Source: an uncultured Actinomycetota bacterium (GTDB lineage Bacteria; Actinomycetota; Actinomycetes; JACCUZ01). Taken from it: DNA of 64,000 nt. Of the stretch, positions 31,609 to 42,475 are shown piece by piece. Numbering within the stretch: the first letter of the stretch is position 1; each line of letters starts with the position of its first letter. A program made the position numbers and the translations under genes. The notes beneath the pieces are model-generated. The model was given only the letters and a program-made list of their open reading frames with translations, did no database searches and was not told the origin of the DNA. The stretch is taken from positions 363,849-427,848 of the forward strand of contig CAWCFV010000002.1 in the NCBI GenBank assembly GCA_963794995.1. The letters are read 5' to 3'.

Positions 31609-32070
31609 TCAGTCGTGGCCGGCGACCCGGGTGTGCTCGGTGACGAGGCGGGCGAACTCCGCCGCCTGCCGGCGGGCCCGGTCCCCCTCGGACTTCTGCA
31701 CGCCCATGGCGGCCAGCGCGTCGCCGTCGGACAGGTCCAGCAGCATCCACGGGTCGTCCCGCAGCAGCCGGACGCCCACCACCTCGGCCCACTCCAGCCG
31801 CCGACGTCCGAGAACGTTGACCACCAGAACCCCGGCGTCGGACGCCTCCACCCGGACGTCGGCGAGCCGGTGCAGCAGGTAGACCGTGCCCAGCGCGAAC
31901 ACCACGACCCCGATCCGCGAGCCCGGGCCCCACGGGTGCGGCCCGCCACCCGGCAGCGCGAGCGCGAGGGCGACCAGCGTCGCGAGCACCGCCACGGCCA
32001 CGGCATAGACGACGCGCCTGGCCCGCACCGGGCGGAACACGGTGCGCCCGGGTTCGGCGCGGCGGCTCAC
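31609..32070 (-). CDS. Bacterial PH-domain-containing membrane protein (conserved neighbour downstream of hisG)
   Basis: VSRRAEPGRTVFRPVRARRVVYAVAVAVLATLVALALA.. is two TM segments followed by a PH-like domain. GTG start forms a GTGA overlap with the hisG stop. Confidence 0.6.
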   Translation of the reverse strand: MSRRAEPGRTVFRPVRARRVVYAVAVAVLATLVALALALPGGGPHPWGPGSRIGVVVFALGTVYLLHRLADVRVEASDAGVLVVNVLGRRRLEWAEVVGVRLLRDDPWMLLDLSDGDALAAMGVQKSEGDRARRQAAEFARLVTEHTRVAGHD

Positions 32071-32912
32071 AGCCGGCAGGCGTGGATGTCGGTGACCAGG
32101 ATGCCGCGGGCCCCGATCTCCCAGAGCTCGTCCATGATCTGGTTCGTCTCGGAGCGCGGCACCATCGCGCGCACCGCGACCCATCCCCGGTCGTGCAGCG
32201 GCGACACGGTCGGCGACTCGATGCCCGGCGTGAGGCGGACCGCCTCCTCGACGCCCTCGGCGCGGATGTCGTAGTCCATCAGCACGTAGCGGCGGGCGAT
32301 GATGACGCCCTGCATCCGGCGCACGAGCTGGGACACGGCCGGCGACTCGCTCGCTCCGGAACGCTGCACCAGCACGGCCTCCGACTCCAGGATCGGGTCG
32401 CCGACGACCTCGAGCCCGGCCTGGCGCAGGGTGGTGCCGGTCGAGACGACGTCGGCGATGACGTCGGCGACGCCGAGCCGCACCGCGGTCTCGACCGCCC
32501 CGTCGAGGCGCACGACCTCGGCGTCGACCCCCCGGTCGGCGAAGTACTTGGCCAGCAGCCCGCTGTACGAGGTGGCGACCCGCTTCCCGGCGAAGTCGGC
32601 CACCGTGCGGGCCGAGCCCGGCCTGGCCGCGAAGCGGAAGGTGGACTCGGCGAACCCGAGCCGGAGGATCTCCTCGGCCGGGGCCCCGCTGTCGAGCAGC
32701 AGGTCACGACCGGTGATGCCGACGTCCAGCTCGCCGGAGCCGACGTAGGTCGCGATGTCCCGCGGGCGCAGGAAGAAGAACTCGGTGTCGTTCCCGGGGT
32801 CGTGCAGCACCAGCTCGCGCGGGTCGGAGCGCTGCCGGTAGCCCGACTCGCGCAGCATGTCGGCGGCGGGCTCGGCGAGGGAGCCCTTGTTGGGCACAGC
32901 GACGCGCAGCAC
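32067..32912 (-). CDS. hisG: ATP phosphoribosyltransferase (long form)
   Basis: MLRVAVPNKGSLAEPAADMLRESGY..; 281 aa including the C-terminal regulatory domain. Confidence 0.9.
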   Translation of the reverse strand: MLRVAVPNKGSLAEPAADMLRESGYRQRSDPRELVLHDPGNDTEFFFLRPRDIATYVGSGELDVGITGRDLLLDSGAPAEEILRLGFAESTFRFAARPGSARTVADFAGKRVATSYSGLLAKYFADRGVDAEVVRLDGAVETAVRLGVADVIADVVSTGTTLRQAGLEVVGDPILESEAVLVQRSGASESPAVSQLVRRMQGVIIARRYVLMDYDIRAEGVEEAVRLTPGIESPTVSPLHDRGWVAVRAMVPRSETNQIMDELWEIGARGILVTDIHACRL

Positions 32913-32936
32913 GGCGGGGACCTCTCGGTGGTGTCT

Positions 32937-33209
32937 CTACAGGTGAGCGTAGACGTCGTCGAGCGTGAGGCCTCGGGCGATCATCAGCACCTGCAGGTGG
33001 TACAGCAGCTGCGAGATCTCCTCGGCGGTGCGCTCGGGCGACTCGTGCTCGGCGGCCATCCAGACCTCCGCGGCCTCCTCGACGACCTTCTTGCCGATCG
33101 CGTGGAGCCCGCCGTCCAGCGCGGCAACCGTGCCGGACCCCCCTGGACGGGTGGCCGCCTTCTCGCTGAGCTCGGCGAACAGCGCGTCGAACGTCTTCAC
33201 ACCGCCCAT
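32937..33209 (-). CDS. hisE: Phosphoribosyl-ATP pyrophosphatase
   Basis: 90 aa, [31 protein letters not shown]..; ATG at 33207-33209. Confidence 0.9.
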   Translation of the reverse strand: MGGVKTFDALFAELSEKAATRPGGSGTVAALDGGLHAIGKKVVEEAAEVWMAAEHESPERTAEEISQLLYHLQVLMIARGLTLDDVYAHL

Positions 33210-33265
33210 CGTCGCAGAGCCGGCGACGCCGACCGGACACCGTCCATCGAGCGGCGGCCGCCCGC

Positions 33266-33751
33266 CTACCGGGAGCGGTCGCCTGCAGCGTCGCGCAGGG
33301 CGACCGCGGTGGCGACCGCGGCCACCGCGGCCTCGAAGCCCTTGTCCTCCCGGGAGCCCTCGAGCCCGGCCCGGTCCAGCGCCTGGGCGTCGTCGTCGCA
33401 GGTGAGCACCCCGAACCCGACCGGGACGCCGGTGTCGACCGAGACCCGGGTCAGGCCGAGGGTGGCGGCCTGGCAGACGTAGTCGAAGTGCGGCGTGCCG
33501 CCGCGGATCACGACGCCGAGCGCGACCACCGCGTCGTAGCCGGTGCCGGCCAGCCGGGCCGCCGCCACGGGCAGCTCGAAGGATCCCGGCACCCGGACCA
33601 GCGTCGGTGCGTCGACCTTGGCGGCGGCCAGCCCCCGCAGGGCGCCCGCGACCAGCCCGTCCATCACCTGCTGGTGCCACTGCGCGGCGACCACGGCCAC
33701 CCGCAGGCCCGACCCGTCGACCTCGACGTCCGGCGCGCCCGCCCCGCTCAC
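33266..33751 (-). CDS. ribH: 6,7-dimethyl-8-ribityllumazine synthase
   Basis: 161 aa (..[29 protein letters not shown]..). GTG start preceded by AGGAGG. GTGA overlap with the ribBA stop. Confidence 0.9.
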   Translation of the reverse strand: MSGAGAPDVEVDGSGLRVAVVAAQWHQQVMDGLVAGALRGLAAAKVDAPTLVRVPGSFELPVAAARLAGTGYDAVVALGVVIRGGTPHFDYVCQAATLGLTRVSVDTGVPVGFGVLTCDDDAQALDRAGLEGSREDKGFEAAVAAVATAVALRDAAGDRSR

Positions 33752-35010
33752 CTCGGCACCTCCTGGCTGCTGCCGGGGGGCGACCCGAGACCGGGGATCA
33801 GGTGGCCCATCCGGTCCCGCTTGGTGCGCAGGTAGCCGATGTTCTCCGGGGTGGGGTGCACCGCCAGCGGCACCTGCTCGACGACCGTGAGCCCCTGCTC
33901 CTGCACCCCGGCGACCTTCGCGGGGTTGTTGGTGAGCAGCCGCACCGACGTGACGCCCAGGTCCCCGAGGATCTGCGCCCCCACGGTGAAGTCCCGGGCC
34001 TCGACGGGCAGCCCCAGGTCGAGGTTGGCGTCGACCGTGTCGCGCCCGCCGTCCTGCAGGCCGTAGGCCGCGAGCTTGTGCAGCAGGCCGATCCCCCGGC
34101 CCTCGTGGCCGCGCAGGTAGACGACGACGCCGCGGCCCTCGTCGGCCACCGTGCGCAGCGCGGAGTCCAGCTGCGGGCCGCAGTCGCAGCGCAGGGACCC
34201 GAGGACGTCGCCGGTCAGGCACTCCGAGTGCAGCCGGACCAGCACCTTCGTCCCCGTGCCGATCTCACCGCGGACCAGCGCCACGTGCTCGACCCCGTCC
34301 ACGGCGCTGCGGTAGCCGAGGGCCCGGAACTCGCCGTACCGCGTCGGCAGCCGGGTCTCGACCACCCGCTCGACCAGGGCCTCGGTGCGCTTGCGGAAGG
34401 AGACGAGGTCGGCGATCGAGACCAGCGCCAGGCCGTGCTCGTCGGCGAACTCGCGCAGCCGGGGCAGCCTGGCCATCGAGCCGTCGTCGTCGACGACCTC
34501 GGCGATCACCCCGGCCGGGGTGAGACCGGCGAGGCGGGCCAGGTCGACGGCCGCCTCGGTGTGCCCGGCGCGGCGCAGCACGCCGCCCTCGACCGCGCGC
34601 AGCGGGAAGACGTGACCGGGCCGGGTCAGCTCGTACGGCTCGGTCGCGGAGTCGACCAGCACCCGGATGGTCCGCGCGCGGTCGGCGGCCGAGATGCCCG
34701 TGCTCACCCCGTCCCGGGCGTCGACCGACACGGAGTACGCGGTGCGCTTGCGGTCCTCGTTGACGTAGGTCATCGGGGGCAGCCGCAGCCGGTCCAGCTC
34801 CGGCCCCTCCATCGGCACGCAGACCACCCCGGAGGTGTGCCGGACGAGGAACGCGAGCAGCGCAGGGGTCGCCCTGGCCGCCGCGACGACCAGGTCGCCC
34901 TCGTTCTCCCGGTCCTCGTCGTCGACGACGACGACCGCCTTGCCTGCCGCGATGTCCGCGACGGCCCGCTCGATCGGGTCGAGCCGGACGCCCGGCGCCG
35001 GGCCGGTCAT
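33748..35010 (-). CDS. ribBA: Bifunctional 3,4-dihydroxy-2-butanone-4-phosphate synthase / GTP cyclohydrolase II
   Basis: 420 aa with the DHBP synthase N-terminus (..[15 protein letters not shown]..) and the GCHII Zn site ([15 protein letters not shown]). ATGA overlap with ribM. Confidence 0.9.
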   Translation of the reverse strand: MTGPAPGVRLDPIERAVADIAAGKAVVVVDDEDRENEGDLVVAAARATPALLAFLVRHTSGVVCVPMEGPELDRLRLPPMTYVNEDRKRTAYSVSVDARDGVSTGISAADRARTIRVLVDSATEPYELTRPGHVFPLRAVEGGVLRRAGHTEAAVDLARLAGLTPAGVIAEVVDDDGSMARLPRLREFADEHGLALVSIADLVSFRKRTEALVERVVETRLPTRYGEFRALGYRSAVDGVEHVALVRGEIGTGTKVLVRLHSECLTGDVLGSLRCDCGPQLDSALRTVADEGRGVVVYLRGHEGRGIGLLHKLAAYGLQDGGRDTVDANLDLGLPVEARDFTVGAQILGDLGVTSVRLLTNNPAKVAGVQEQGLTVVEQVPLAVHPTPENIGYLRTKRDRMGHLIPGLGSPPGSSQEVPR

Positions 35011-35705
35011 GCGACCGTCTCCAGCATCGGGTCGGCCAGTGGCTCGTCGCGGGCGATCCGGCGCCACGCCAGGAACCCGTACACGACGAGCACGCCGTAG
35101 ACGCCGTAGAGGATCGCCGACGGGTAGAGCTTGAAGTACAGCAGCTCGGGGACGCCGACCAGGTCGACCGCGATCCAGCACAGCCAGAAGTCCACCCAGC
35201 CCCGGGCCATCGCGTAGGTCGCGAGGATGGACCCGACGAAGATCCACGCGTCGGCGAGGAAGTACCACCACGGCGCCGGCCAGGTGGCACCGATCAGGCG
35301 GAACACACCGAAGAGCACCAGGACGCCCACCAGCGCCAGCAGCAGGTAGCGGCTGCGTTCGGCCGGTGTCGCCCAGCGCGGCGAGACGGCCGCGCCACCG
35401 GTGGCCACCCGGCCGCGCCGGGCCTCGCTCCAGCGCTTCCAGCCGTAGATCGAGACCCCGACGAAGAACACCTGGCGACCGGCCTGGCCCAGCAGCGGGA
35501 TGGTCTGCCCGTTGACCGCGGTGCCGATGAAGACGGTGAACAGCAGGACGTTGCCGACGATGCCGACCGGCCAGGCCCACACCCGCCTGCGCAGCCCACC
35601 GATCGCCGAGGCGAAGCCGAACGCGTTGCCGAGGATCTCCCGCCAGGCGATCTCGTGCCCGCTGATCGTGAGGTGCGCCTCGTACAGGTCCTGGAACACG
35701 GTCAT
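35007..35705 (-). CDS. ribM: PnuC-family transporter inside the rib operon (riboflavin transporter RibM/PnuX type)
   Basis: 232 aa polytopic PnuC-like protein, embedded between ribE and ribBA as in Corynebacterium and Streptomyces rib operons. Confidence 0.75.
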   Translation of the reverse strand: MTVFQDLYEAHLTISGHEIAWREILGNAFGFASAIGGLRRRVWAWPVGIVGNVLLFTVFIGTAVNGQTIPLLGQAGRQVFFVGVSIYGWKRWSEARRGRVATGGAAVSPRWATPAERSRYLLLALVGVLVLFGVFRLIGATWPAPWWYFLADAWIFVGSILATYAMARGWVDFWLCWIAVDLVGVPELLYFKLYPSAILYGVYGVLVVYGFLAWRRIARDEPLADPMLETVA

Positions 35706-36328
35706 GAGGGGTTCTCCGGCGTGGTGGGGGCAGGGGCTTGCGCGGGCGGCATCAGCCGCTCGACGTACTTGGCGACGACGTCGACCTCGAGGTTCACCGG
35801 GTCACCGGCCCGGCGGGTGCCGAGGGTGGTGAGCTCGAGGGTGGTCGGGATGAGGCTGACGGTGAACGAGTCGGCCGCGACCGAGGCGACGGTGAGCGAG
35901 ACGCCGTCGACGGTGATCGACCCCTTGTGCACGACGTACCGGGTGAGGTCGGCGGGCAGTGAGATGCGCACCACGTCCCAGTGCTCGGAGGGCTCGCGGG
36001 ACACGACCCGGCCGGTCCCGTCGACGTGGCCCTGGACGAGGTGGCCGCCGAGGCGGCCGCCCAGCTGGACCGGGCGCTCCAGGTTCACCCGGTCGCCGAC
36101 GGCCAGCGCGCCGAGGCTGCTGCGGTCGAGCGTCTCGCGCATGACGTCGGCGCTGAACCGCTCGCTCTCGGTCCCGGTGACCGTCAGGCACACGCCGTTG
36201 ACCGCGATCGAGTCGCCGCGCCCGGCGTCCTGCACGACGACGGGTCCTCGCAGGGTGAGCCGGACGCTGTCCCCCAGGTCGGTGAGTGCCACCACCTCAC
36301 CCAGCTCCTCCACGATGCCGGTGAACAT
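35702..36328 (-). CDS. ribE: Riboflavin synthase alpha subunit
   Basis: [15 protein letters not shown]..., 208 aa with two lumazine-binding repeats. ATGA overlaps on both sides. Confidence 0.9.
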   Translation of the reverse strand: MFTGIVEELGEVVALTDLGDSVRLTLRGPVVVQDAGRGDSIAVNGVCLTVTGTESERFSADVMRETLDRSSLGALAVGDRVNLERPVQLGGRLGGHLVQGHVDGTGRVVSREPSEHWDVVRISLPADLTRYVVHKGSITVDGVSLTVASVAADSFTVSLIPTTLELTTLGTRRAGDPVNLEVDVVAKYVERLMPPAQAPAPTTPENPS

Positions 36329-37488
36329 CAGGCCTCCTCCGGGCCGCGGCGGGGACGGGCGACGACGCGCACGTCGGCGCCGGAGCGGCTCACGTCGACG
36401 ACCTCGAGCGGCACGGCGTCGGCGAGCGTGCCGATGCCGGTGCCGGACAGCGCCGGCAGGCCGGCGCCGAGCAGGGTCGGCGCGAGGTGGGCCACGACCC
36501 GGTCGACGAGCCCGGCTCGCAGGAAGCCCCCGGCCAGGGTCGGTCCGCCCTCGAGCAGGACGTACGTGTGGCCCTTCGCGTGCAGCGCCGCCAGCAGCGC
36601 CCCGAGGTCTACCCGGCCGTCCGGCCCGGCGCCGACCTCGGCCACGGTGGCGACCCACGTCACCGCCGCCGCGTCGAGCACCCGGGCGCCGGACGGCACA
36701 CGGCCGTGGCTGTCGACGACCACGCGCAGCGGCTGCTCCGCGGCGAGGACCCCGTCGGGGTCGCGCACCGTGAGGTGCGGGTCGTCGGTGCGGACCGTCC
36801 CGGCGCCCGCGACGACGGCGTCGACCTCGGCCCGCAGCCGGTGCGCCTCGGCACGGGACTCGGGCGAGGAGATCCACCGGCTGGTGCCGTCGGCCGCCGC
36901 GACCCGTCCGTCGAGGGTCGAGGCGAGCTTCCACACGACGAACGGGCGGCCGCGGCGTACGCCGGTCAGCCAGCGCTCGTTGGCCCGCTCGGCCTCGTCG
37001 GACAGCAGGCCCCCGACGACCTCGACGCCGCCCGCGCGGAGCACGTCGGCACCGCCGCCCGCGGTCGCGGTGGGGTCGGCGACGGCGTGGACGACGCGGG
37101 CGACGCCGGCCGCCAGCAGCGCCGCGGTGCACGGCCCGGTGCGTCCGGTGTGGGCGCACGGCTCGAGGGTGACCACGACCGTGCCGCCCCGGGCCCGGTC
37201 GCCGGCCGCCGCGAGGGCCGTGACCTCGGCGTGCGGGCCGCCGGCCCGCTCGTGCCGGCCCTCGCCGACCACCTCGCCCCCGGGGCCGAGCACCACCGCG
37301 CCCACGTTCGGGTTCGGGTGGGTGGCCTCGCCGACCGAGGCGGACAGCGCCACGGCGCGGCGCATCGCTGCCGTCTCGCGGTCGTCGGTCGGGCCCTGCA
37401 CCGGTGCTCCTGCCGCTCGGGCGGGCTCCGGGGGTTCGCCGGGGACACCGGCGTCGGGCACCGGCGCCCGCGGCGGTGGCCGGGTCAC
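36328..37488 (-). CDS. ribD: Bifunctional diaminohydroxyphosphoribosylaminopyrimidine deaminase / 5-amino-6-(5-phosphoribosylamino)uracil reductase
   Basis: Deaminase Zn motif (HAEV..LEPCAHTGRTGPC) plus the reductase domain. Start uncertain: GTG 37486-37488 or an internal start at VQGPTDD or MRRAVAL. Confidence 0.9.
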   Translation of the reverse strand: MTRPPPRAPVPDAGVPGEPPEPARAAGAPVQGPTDDRETAAMRRAVALSASVGEATHPNPNVGAVVLGPGGEVVGEGRHERAGGPHAEVTALAAAGDRARGGTVVVTLEPCAHTGRTGPCTAALLAAGVARVVHAVADPTATAGGGADVLRAGGVEVVGGLLSDEAERANERWLTGVRRGRPFVVWKLASTLDGRVAAADGTSRWISSPESRAEAHRLRAEVDAVVAGAGTVRTDDPHLTVRDPDGVLAAEQPLRVVVDSHGRVPSGARVLDAAAVTWVATVAEVGAGPDGRVDLGALLAALHAKGHTYVLLEGGPTLAGGFLRAGLVDRVVAHLAPTLLGAGLPALSGTGIGTLADAVPLEVVDVSRSGADVRVVARPRRGPEEA

Positions 37489-37517
37489 CGGGCACCGCGA
37501 CGTCGCCGACGCCCGGC

Positions 37518-37668
37518 GTGCTGCCTCCCATCCGGACTGTCACCGTCGGTCCCGGAGTTCCACCGGGTCAACCGGCCGGGCGTCCCACGTGGCTCGTGGG
37601 CTGCTCGGACGCGGGTCGCGGACTGTCACCGCCGGTTCGGAGTTGCACCGACCCCGGAGCACGCGTAC
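37518..37668 (-). promoter_or_regulatory. FMN riboswitch (RFN element) in the ribD leader
   Basis: Minus-strand RNA has the two duplicated half-motifs GGUGCAACUCCGAACCGGCGGUGACAGUCC and GGUGGAACUCCGGGACCGACGGUGACAGUCCGGAUGGGAGG. The P1 helix GUGCUCC...GGGAGGCAGCAC closes them. It sits immediately 5' of the rib operon. Confidence 0.75.
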
Positions 37669-37796
37669 GTCGAACCTGTACGGGGTCCAGTCTGCCACGG
37701 CGCGTTCGCGTCCGGGGGCTGCGCCGGTTCAGCGCATCCGCAGCTGCCGTCGGGCCGTAAGTGGGGGTCACGCGCACGTCGAGGGAGGGTGGCAGG

Positions 37797-38441
37797 ATGC
37801 TGACCGAGGTCGCCCCCGCTCCGAGGGGGCCGCAGGTGGCATTCCGGGGAGGCGCGCGCGTGACCGGTGCCCCTCGCGCGCGCCGCGTCCCGGACGAGCG
37901 GGACCACGACCTGGAGCGGTCGTTCCGCGACGGCGACGAGGCCGGGCTCGCGGCCGCGTACACCCGGTGGTCGTCGCTGGTCTTCACCGTCGCCCTCCGC
38001 GCGCTGGGCGACCGCGACGACGCCGAGGACGTCACCCAGCAGGTGTTCGTCGCCGCGTGGCGCGGGCGGGCCGGCTTCAACCCAGGCTCGGGCAGCCTGC
38101 CCGGCTGGCTGCTCGGGATCACCCGCAACAAGGTCGCGGACCGCTGGGCGGCACGGGAGCGCGAGCGCCGGCAGACCGAGGCGGCGACCAGGGTGGCCAG
38201 CCTGCACCCCGCACCCTCCCCCGCCGACGACGTCACGGCCCGGGTGCTGCTCGCCGACGAGCTGGAGCGCCTCGACGAGCCGGCCCGCCGCATCATGCGG
38301 CTGGCCTTCTACGACGACCTCACCCACACCCAGATCGCCAGCCTGCTGACCATGCCGCTGGGCACCGTGAAGAGCCACATCCGCCGCTCCCTCGGGCGGC
38401 TGCGCACCCGGCTGGAGGTCGACGATGTCTCCGCACGATGA
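37797..38441 (+). CDS. ECF (sigma-70 family) RNA polymerase sigma factor
   Basis: Region 2 (..[42 protein letters not shown]..) and region 4 (..[25 protein letters not shown]..). Start taken at MLTEV; upstream alternative starts are possible. Confidence 0.8.
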   Translation: MLTEVAPAPRGPQVAFRGGARVTGAPRARRVPDERDHDLERSFRDGDEAGLAAAYTRWSSLVFTVALRALGDRDDAEDVTQQVFVAAWRGRAGFNPGSGSLPGWLLGITRNKVADRWAARERERRQTEAATRVASLHPAPSPADDVTARVLLADELERLDEPARRIMRLAFYDDLTHTQIASLLTMPLGTVKSHIRRSLGRLRTRLEVDDVSAR

Positions 38442-39222
38442 GCACACCAGCGCCGACGACCTGGCGCTCAGCGCGCTCGGTGAGCAGCTCGACGTCTCCG
38501 GCGAGACGCACCTGGCCGACTGCCCGCAGTGCCGGGCCGAGGTCGACGAGCTCCGCGCGGTGGTGGCCGGGGCCCGGGCGGCCACCGGCGACGACGTCCC
38601 GCAGCCGCCGCCGGACGACGTCTGGCGGGCGATCGTCGAGGAGCTCGGTCTCGACCCCGCCGCCGCGGCACCCGCGACTGCCGGGCTCGCTGCCGCCGGC
38701 CCGGCCGGGGTTCCCGCCCCGGCGGAGGTCCCCGGGCGTCCGGTGCCCTCCGCTGCCGACCGGCCGGCACGGTGGGGCCGCCGGAGCGCGGTGCTCGCGG
38801 CGGCGGCCGCCGCCGCGGGGCTGCTGGCCGGCTCGGTCGTCACCGGGCTGGTCCTGTCCGGTGACGACGACGGCGGCCAGGGCCAGGTCGTGGCCAGCAC
38901 CCGGCTCGCTGCCCTGCCCGACCGGCGGGGCAGCGGCGAGGCCGAGGTGCTCGGTGTCGGCGACGCCCGGGTCCTCGAGCTCGACGTCTCCGGGCTGACC
39001 CCTGGCCAGGGCTTCTACGAGGTGTGGCTGCTCGACGAGAAGGCGGAGCGGCTGGTGTCGATCGGGCTGCTGGACCCGGCCCGGGGACCGACCGCCCGGT
39101 TCCCGCTGCCGGCCGACCTCGACCTCGCCACGTTCCCCGTGGTGGACGTCTCGCTGGAGCCGGCCGACGGCGACCCGTCCCACTCCGGCGACAGCATCGT
39201 CCGCGGCACCCTCACCGGCTGA
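38425..39222 (+). CDS. Anti-sigma factor (zinc-finger N-terminus, RskA-like C-terminal domain)
   Basis: [12 protein letters not shown] is the HxxxCxxC anti-sigma Zn motif. A TM segment is followed by an anti-sigma-K-type C-terminal domain. 17-nt overlap with the sigma gene. Confidence 0.75.
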   Translation: MSPHDEHTSADDLALSALGEQLDVSGETHLADCPQCRAEVDELRAVVAGARAATGDDVPQPPPDDVWRAIVEELGLDPAAAAPATAGLAAAGPAGVPAPAEVPGRPVPSAADRPARWGRRSAVLAAAAAAAGLLAGSVVTGLVLSGDDDGGQGQVVASTRLAALPDRRGSGEAEVLGVGDARVLELDVSGLTPGQGFYEVWLLDEKAERLVSIGLLDPARGPTARFPLPADLDLATFPVVDVSLEPADGDPSHSGDSIVRGTLTG

Positions 39223-39238
39223 CCCCCGCCCGACCCCG

Positions 39239-39308
39239 TCGTTTGCGACATCCGTCACCGACACGCCGGGGCACTACCCGGCGTGTCGGGGAACCAGGTC
39301 GCAAACGA
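39239..39308. repeat. 70-bp nested-palindrome repeat element, copy 2
   Basis: TCGTTTGCGACatc..CGACACGCCGGGg-cacta-CCCGGCGTGTCG..CAGGTCGCAAACGA. Same architecture as copy 1 at 11915-11984; both are followed by TCATC. Confidence 0.7.
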
Positions 39309-39322
39309 TCATCAAGGGACGG

Positions 39323-40018
39323 TCAGGACGGGTCGCCGGAGGTCCACCAGGACGCGGCGGTGGCAGCCTCGGCGGCGGCCCGGAGCTGCTGCACCGCGGT
39401 CGCGGGGTCGTCGGCCCCGTAGACCGCGGAGCCGGCCACGAACACGTCGGCGCCGGCCTCGGCGCAGCGCTCGATGGTGTCCCCGGCGACCCCGCCGTCG
39501 ACCTGGACCCACAGGTCGAGGTCGCGGCCCTTCGCCAGCTCGCGGACGGCCCGGACCTTCGGCAGCACCAGGTCGAGGAACGTCTGCCCGCCGAAGCCCG
39601 GCTCCACGGTCATCAGCAGCACCATGTCCAGCTCGGGCAGCAGCTCGGTGTACGGCTCGATCGGCGTCGCGGGACGCAGCGCCATCCCGGCACGCACGCC
39701 GGCGCCGCGCAGCTCGCGGGCCAGCTTGACCGGGGCGGCGGAGGCCTCGATGTGGAAGGTGACGCTGCCGGCGCCGGCCTCGGCGTACCCGGGTGCCCAG
39801 CGGTCGACGTCCTCGATCATCAGGTGCAGGTCGAGGGGCAGCGCGCTCACCGCGGCCAGCCGCTGGACCACGGGCAGGCCCAGGGTGAGGTTGGGCACGA
39901 AGTGGTTGTCCATGACGTCGACGTGCACCCAGTCGGCCGCCGGGGCGACCCGGGCGACCTCGCCGGCCAGGTCGGTGAAGTCGGCCGACAGGATGCTCGG
40001 AGAGATCTGCACGCCCAT
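39323..40018 (-). CDS. rpe: Ribulose-phosphate 3-epimerase
   Basis: [35 protein letters not shown]..; 231 aa. Confidence 0.9.
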   Translation of the reverse strand: MGVQISPSILSADFTDLAGEVARVAPAADWVHVDVMDNHFVPNLTLGLPVVQRLAAVSALPLDLHLMIEDVDRWAPGYAEAGAGSVTFHIEASAAPVKLARELRGAGVRAGMALRPATPIEPYTELLPELDMVLLMTVEPGFGGQTFLDLVLPKVRAVRELAKGRDLDLWVQVDGGVAGDTIERCAEAGADVFVAGSAVYGADDPATAVQQLRAAAEAATAASWWTSGDPS

Positions 40019-40062
40019 GCCGGCGAGCCTAGTGCGCGGCGGTGCCGCTCACCCGCGCCGCG

Positions 40063-40153
40063 GCTCAGCTGCGCCGCAGCAGTCCCGCTCAGCTGCGCCG
40101 CAGCAGTCCCGCTCAGCTGCGCCGCAGCAGTCCCGCTCAGCTGCGCCGCAGCA
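40063..40153. repeat. 24-bp direct tandem repeat, 3.8 copies (GCTCAGCTGCGCCGCAGCAGTCCC)
   Basis: Perfect copies at 40063-86, 40087-110 and 40111-134, plus a partial fourth copy. Each unit contains the palindrome GCTGCG-C-CGCAGC. The rsmB stop codon (40137-40139) lies inside the fourth unit. Confidence 0.8.
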
Positions 40154-41523
40154 AGGACAGGTACATCGCGTCGGTGCCGTGCCGGTGCGGCCACAGCTGG
40201 ACGTGCGGCCCCTCACCCAGGTCGGGCACCCCGGGCAGCAGCGGCCGGGCATCGACCCGCTCGACCCCGTCGTGCCGGCGCAGGACGTCGCTGACGACCG
40301 TGCCGGTCTCGGCCAGGTGCGGCGAGCACGTGACGTAGGCGACCAGGCCGCCGGGCCGTACCGCGTCGAGCGCCGCGCCCAGCAGCTCGCGCTGCAGCGC
40401 CGCGAGCGGCGGGATGTCCGCGGGCTGCCGGCGCCAGCGGGCCTCCGGGCGGCGCCGCAGGGCGCCCAGGCCGGTGCACGGCGCGTCGACCAGCACCCGG
40501 TCGAAGGCCGCGGACGACCACGCCGGCCGGCGCCCGTCGGCGACCACCACGTCACCGGTGGCGCCGACGGCCCGCCGGACCAGCCGGGCGCGGTGCGGGG
40601 CGACCTCGGCGGCGAGCACCCGGGCGCCCCGGCCCTCGGCCAGCCCGGCGAGGAGCGCGGCCTTGCCGCCCGGTCCGGCGCACAGGTCCAGCCAGCGCCG
40701 GTCGGGCCCCTCCAGCGGCGCCTCCGCGAGCGCGACCGCGACCAGCTGGCTGCCCTCGTCCTGGACGCCGGCCCGGCCCCGGCGCACGGCCTCGACCGCC
40801 CCGGGGTCGCCGCCCGGCAGGACGGCCGCGTACGGCGACCACCGGCCGGGCTGCGCGCCCGCGGCGAGCAGCTCGCCGACCTCGGCCCGGCCCGGGCGGG
40901 CGACCAGGGTCACCGCGGCCGGCACGTTGTCCGCGGCCAGCAGCGCCGCGGTCTGCACGAGGTCACCGGACAGCGCGTCCCGCAGGGCCGACACGACCCA
41001 GCGCGGGTGGGAGTGCACGACCGCGAGATGACCCAGCGGGTCGGTGTCGTACGGCGGCGCGACCTCCTGCAGCCAGGCCGCGAGGTCCTGACGTCCCACC
41101 CGGCGCAGCACGGCGTTGACGAACGCGCTGCGCCCCTCACCGAGGACCGCCCGGGCCAGCTCGACGGTCGCGCCGACGGCGGCGTGCGGCGGGACCCGCA
41201 TGGCGAGCTGCTGGTGGGCGCCGAGCCGGAGCACGTCGAGGACCGGCGGGTCGACCTGGTCCAGCGGCCGGTCCGCGCAGGCGGCGAGCACGGCGTCGTA
41301 CGTCCCGCGGCCGCGCAGGGTGCCGTAGCCGAGCTCGGTGGCGAAGGCCGCGTCGCGCGCCTCGGTGACCCCGCGGTCCCGCAGCAGCCCGGGAAGGGTG
41401 AGGTTGGCGTAGGCGTCGCGCTCGGCGACGGCGCGCAGCAGGTCGAACGCGACCCGGCGCGGGGCGTCCGGCTGGGCGCTTGGCGCGGCGGGCCGGCCGT
41501 CGGCGGGCGGGCGGCGGGGTCAT
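40137..41523 (-). CDS. rsmB: 16S rRNA (cytosine967-C5)-methyltransferase RsmB/Sun; N-terminal region needs a +1 frameshift
   Basis: The listed ORF 40137..41291 is the methyltransferase core. It continues upstream in frame with no stop and no start codon through the NusB-like domain (..[31 protein letters not shown]..) up to the fmt TGA. An ATG overlapping that TGA (ATGA, 41521-41523) gives [13 protein letters not shown] (like M. tuberculosis Sun MTPRSRGPRRRP) in the +1 frame. The frames rejoin if one G of the GGGG run at 41461-41464 is removed. Confidence 0.85.
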
Positions 41524-42455
41524 CCCAACGCCCCGCCCTCGAGGTCGCGGACCCCGCGGGCCCACGCATCGGCCGCCATCGGCCGGCGGCCCGCCGCGCG
41601 GACCTCGCCGAGCCGGACGGCGCGGCCGTCGCCGGTCCCGACGATCACCTCCCGCCGGCCGACCCTGACCCGGCCGGCGTCGAGCGGGACGTCGTCGGGG
41701 CCGGCCACCGGCTCGACCGGGCCCAGCCCGACCCGCTCGCCCTGCCAGGTGGTCCACGCCCCGGGGGCCGGGGTGCAGGCGCGGACCAGGCGGTCGACCC
41801 GCTGCGCGGTAGCCGACCAGTCGACCCGGGCGTCCGCCGTGGTGATCTTGGGTGCGAGGCTGACCCCCTCGGCGGGCTGCGGCCGGGCCACCAGCTCGCC
41901 GCGCTCCAGCGCGTCGAGGGTGGTGACGAGCAGCCCCGCCCCGGCCACCGCGAGCCGGCCGAGCAGGTCGCCGCTGGTGTCGCGCGGGCGGACCGTCTCG
42001 GTCATCACCGACAGCACCGGCCCGGTGTCCAGGCCCTCCTCGAGGGTGAACACGCTGGCGCCGGTGACGTCGTCGCCGTGCAGGAGGCAGTGCTGGACGG
42101 GCGCCGCCCCGCGCCAGGCGGGCAGCAGCGAGAAGTGCAGGTTGACCCAGCCGTGCGCGGGCAGGTCGAGCAGGCTGCGCGGGACCAGCGAGCCGTAGGC
42201 CACCACCGGGCAGCAGTCCGGCGCCAGCTCCGCGAGCCGCGCGTGCAGGGCCGGGTCGCCGGCACGGGCCGGCTTCAGGGTCTCGACACCCGCCTCGGCG
42301 GCCCGGACGGCGACCGGCGAGGCGACCTCGCGACGGCCGCGGCCGGCCCGAGCGTCCGGCCGGGTCAGGACCGCGACCACCTCGTGCCGGGATCCGAGCA
42401 GCGCGTCCAGCGCAGGGACCGCTGCGTCGGGGGTCCCCGCGAAGACGAGCCGCAT
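41520..42455 (-). CDS. fmt: Methionyl-tRNA formyltransferase
   Basis: [20 protein letters not shown].. with the HxSLLPxxRG motif ([17 protein letters not shown]). The listed ORF has a 29-codon N-terminal extension that is unlikely to be real. Confidence 0.9.
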   Translation of the reverse strand: MRLVFAGTPDAAVPALDALLGSRHEVVAVLTRPDARAGRGRREVASPVAVRAAEAGVETLKPARAGDPALHARLAELAPDCCPVVAYGSLVPRSLLDLPAHGWVNLHFSLLPAWRGAAPVQHCLLHGDDVTGASVFTLEEGLDTGPVLSVMTETVRPRDTSGDLLGRLAVAGAGLLVTTLDALERGELVARPQPAEGVSLAPKITTADARVDWSATAQRVDRLVRACTPAPGAWTTWQGERVGLGPVEPVAGPDDVPLDAGRVRVGRREVIVGTGDGRAVRLGEVRAAGRRPMAADAWARGVRDLEGGALG

Positions 42456-42475
42456 CGTGTGGTCGGGCCGCAGCG

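Noticed and set aside
40063-40153. Possible CRISPR array
   Set aside because: Repeat units are directly contiguous with no spacers, only 3.8 copies, and no cas genes. It is a simple tandem repeat.
39847-40194. Minus-strand ORF with the repeated peptide AAQLSGT x4
   Set aside because: It is the translation of the 24-bp DNA tandem repeat in the rsmB-rpe intergenic region, not a protein-coding gene.
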